A stretch of DNA of 38,045 nucleotides from a virus (lineage: Duplodnaviria > Heunggongvirae > Uroviricota > Caudoviricetes), in IMG/VR virus record IMGVR_UViG_2778261204_000006, positions 1-38,045 of that record; one strand, 5' to 3'. Of the stretch, positions 36,329 through 38,045 are shown one piece after another. The first letter of the stretch is position 1; every line of letters starts with the position of its first letter. The translations under genes and the position numbers were made by a program. The notes below the pieces were generated by a model. The model was not told where the DNA came from. It searched no databases and saw nothing but the letters and a program-made list of their open reading frames with translations.

Positions 36329-36910
36329 ATGGCCGTCATTGGTTATATCCGTGTATCAACAATCGACCAGAACAGCGATTTACAGCGTAATGCACTCACA
36401 AGCGCAAACTGTGACCGCATTTTTGAAGACCGCATGAGCGGAAAAGTTGCCAGCCGCCCCGGTCTGAAACGCGCTTTAAAGTGCGTTAATAGCGGAGACA
36501 CCCTGGTCGTGTGGAAACTGGACAGGCTGGGGCGCAGCGTTAAGAACCTGATCGCACTGATATCAGAGTTACATGAACGCGGTGCCCACTTCCGCTCTTT
36601 AACAGACAGTATTGATACCAGCACAGCCATGGGGCGTTTCTTTTTCCATGTGATGTCGGCACTGGCGGAGATGGAACGTGAACTGATCGTCGAACGAACA
36701 CTGGCCGGGCTGGCAGCGGCCAGAGCACAGGGACGCATAGGTGGAAGGCCCAACGCATTAAAGCCGCATGAGCAGGAACAGATTGGGCGGCTATTGGCTA
36801 AGGGGCATACCCGCCAGCAGCTGGCCATTATCTACGGGGTGGGGTTATCTACACTCTACCGGTATTTTCCGGTAGATGGTCAGAGGAAGGATGACGCGAT
36901 AGGATTGTAA
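36329..36910 (+). CDS. serine recombinase DNA invertase (Gin/Hin/Pin/Cin family)
   Basis: 193 aa; N-terminus YIRVSTIDQNSDLQRNAL with catalytic Ser; TLVVWKLDRLGRS and C-terminal HTH; GAGGAGGAG RBS. Confidence 0.9.
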   Translation: MAVIGYIRVSTIDQNSDLQRNALTSANCDRIFEDRMSGKVASRPGLKRALKCVNSGDTLVVWKLDRLGRSVKNLIALISELHERGAHFRSLTDSIDTSTAMGRFFFHVMSALAEMERELIVERTLAGLAAARAQGRIGGRPNALKPHEQEQIGRLLAKGHTRQQLAIIYGVGLSTLYRYFPVDGQRKDDAIGL

Positions 36911-36944
36911 TTCTTTTGCAAATATTGAAACGCCGCAGCGGTGC

Positions 36945-36987
36945 CATTTATCTCACGGAATGGGCGCATTTATCGCGCGGCGCATCA
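36945..36987. repeat. prophage right terminus with two CATTTATC motifs 22 bp apart (candidate transposase-binding sites)
   Basis: Motifs at 36945-36952 and 36967-36974; element ends ...GCGCATCA at about 36987. Confidence 0.5.
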
Positions 36988-38045
36988 GTCATCAGGCCGA
37001 GCGTAATCGTACCGGCAACAATTGACGGAAACAGCAAGAACAAACCGAAAACGTTATCGACCTGCAAATAGAGAATGCGGGCGATGTTGAAATACATATA
37101 GTGAAAATAGAGGCGAAAATAGTTTTTCCGTACGGCGCTAAACAGCTCGCGTACCGTAGGCGGCGTCGCGCGCGTGGCATCGTCTTCACCATAAACCAGC
37201 TCTTTACGGTAGGCGGCCTCTACTCGCTGGTTTTTAAACTCCAGCCCCGGCAGTTTGATCCCTACCACTGCCAGCAATCCGGTCCCCATCAGCGACCAGA
37301 CGATAGCGGCAATCACCAGACCATACGGAATGTGCCCGATAATCGGCAGCTCCGGCACATGCGCGGAGAGCGTTACCAGCACCGGCAGGAAGGCGATCAA
37401 CGTCATGATGGCGTTGATAAAACTGACGCCCATATTCTCCAGCGTTGAAGCAAAACGCATGGTGTCTTCCTGCACACGCTGTGCGGCACCTTCGATATGA
37501 CGCAGTTGTTGCCAGTTCGCCATGTAATATTCGTTCATCGCCGTACGCCAGCGGAACACATAGTGACTGACAAAGAAGTTGTTCAGTACACTGATCACCA
37601 CCGCGATCAGCGCAATCCCCAGAAAGACGCCCACTTCGCGGTAAAATTGTTCGATAGTGACTTTATGCGGCGAACTTAGCGCGGTTTGAATCAGATCATA
37701 GAACGGTGCATACCAGGCGTTGACGGCGACCCCGACTTCCACCAAAAACCAGGTGACGAAGATGATCAGTGCAGTACCGAGTATTGACCAGTATTGCCAA
37801 CGGTGCGGGCTGTAGATAAACCAGAAAAATGCAAAAAGTCCTACGCAAACAATGTAGTAAGCGTAAAAAATCAGGAAATCCAACGACCAGAAACGCGCGG
37901 CGCTAATCGGGATCTGCCCGGAAGCGCCGGTGATACGCGCCACCCAGTCACCCCCACCGGCTTGCCAGAAGATAACGGCAATCAATGCCCAAACAAAGGC
38001 CGAGAGAAAAAACGCTCCCGGCTTTGGGAAAAAAGACTTAAACAT
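36948..38045 (-). pseudogene. sbmA: sbmA (peptide antibiotic transporter) truncated by prophage insertion; last 13 codons are phage-derived
   Basis: Translation matches recalled SbmA from [10 protein letters not shown] through about residue 352 (…TITLGLMT), then diverges to [12 protein letters not shown] and stops at 36948. Confidence 0.7.

Larger units (their letters stand above)
1..36987. mobile_element. Mu-like transposable prophage (partial; left end outside window), divergent early and late arms
   Basis: DDE transposase plus AAA+ B-like ATPase, Mor/C activator, Gam-like protein, Mu F-like head protein, myovirus tail module and invertible tail-fibre segment; no integrase; right terminus ends ...CA inside sbmA. 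Confidence 0.85.

Noticed and set aside
1-38045. Integrase, tRNA or tmRNA attachment site and CRISPR array
   Set aside because: No tyrosine or large serine integrase-like ORF, no tRNA-like sequence noticed at the junction, and no regularly spaced direct repeats; the element is bounded by a transposon-type end in a protein-coding gene, consistent with transposition.

Overview
The window is almost entirely one Mu-like transposable prophage (1..~36987) whose right end interrupts the host gene sbmA (36948..38045, minus strand), which places the host in the Enterobacteriaceae. The prophage left end lies beyond the window start. There is no integrase and no tRNA attachment site; instead a DDE transposase (6166..7935) and an AAA+ transposition ATPase (4989..6155) sit in a leftward early arm that runs from a Ner/Cro-like gene (9557..9745) to a Mor/C-family activator (973..1359). 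A divergent HTH repressor-like gene lies at 9827..10180. The rightward late arm (12719..35214) encodes holin, an SLT endolysin, nested spanins, terminase, portal, Mu F-like head protein, capsid, sheath, tube, tape measure, baseplate, tail fibre and tail-fibre assembly protein. A 1.86 kb invertible tail-fibre segment (34408..36262) is bounded by 22-bp perfect inverted repeats and followed by a Gin/Hin/Pin-family invertase (36329..36910). The best candidates for something undescribed are an accessory island between the repressor and the lysis cassette (10297..12588: Dam-like methyltransferase, a P-loop protein and two small ORFs) and a moron-like membrane protein at the left edge (1..624). All calls are from reading the sequence and ORF translations; no database search was run, and family names are recalled from memory.
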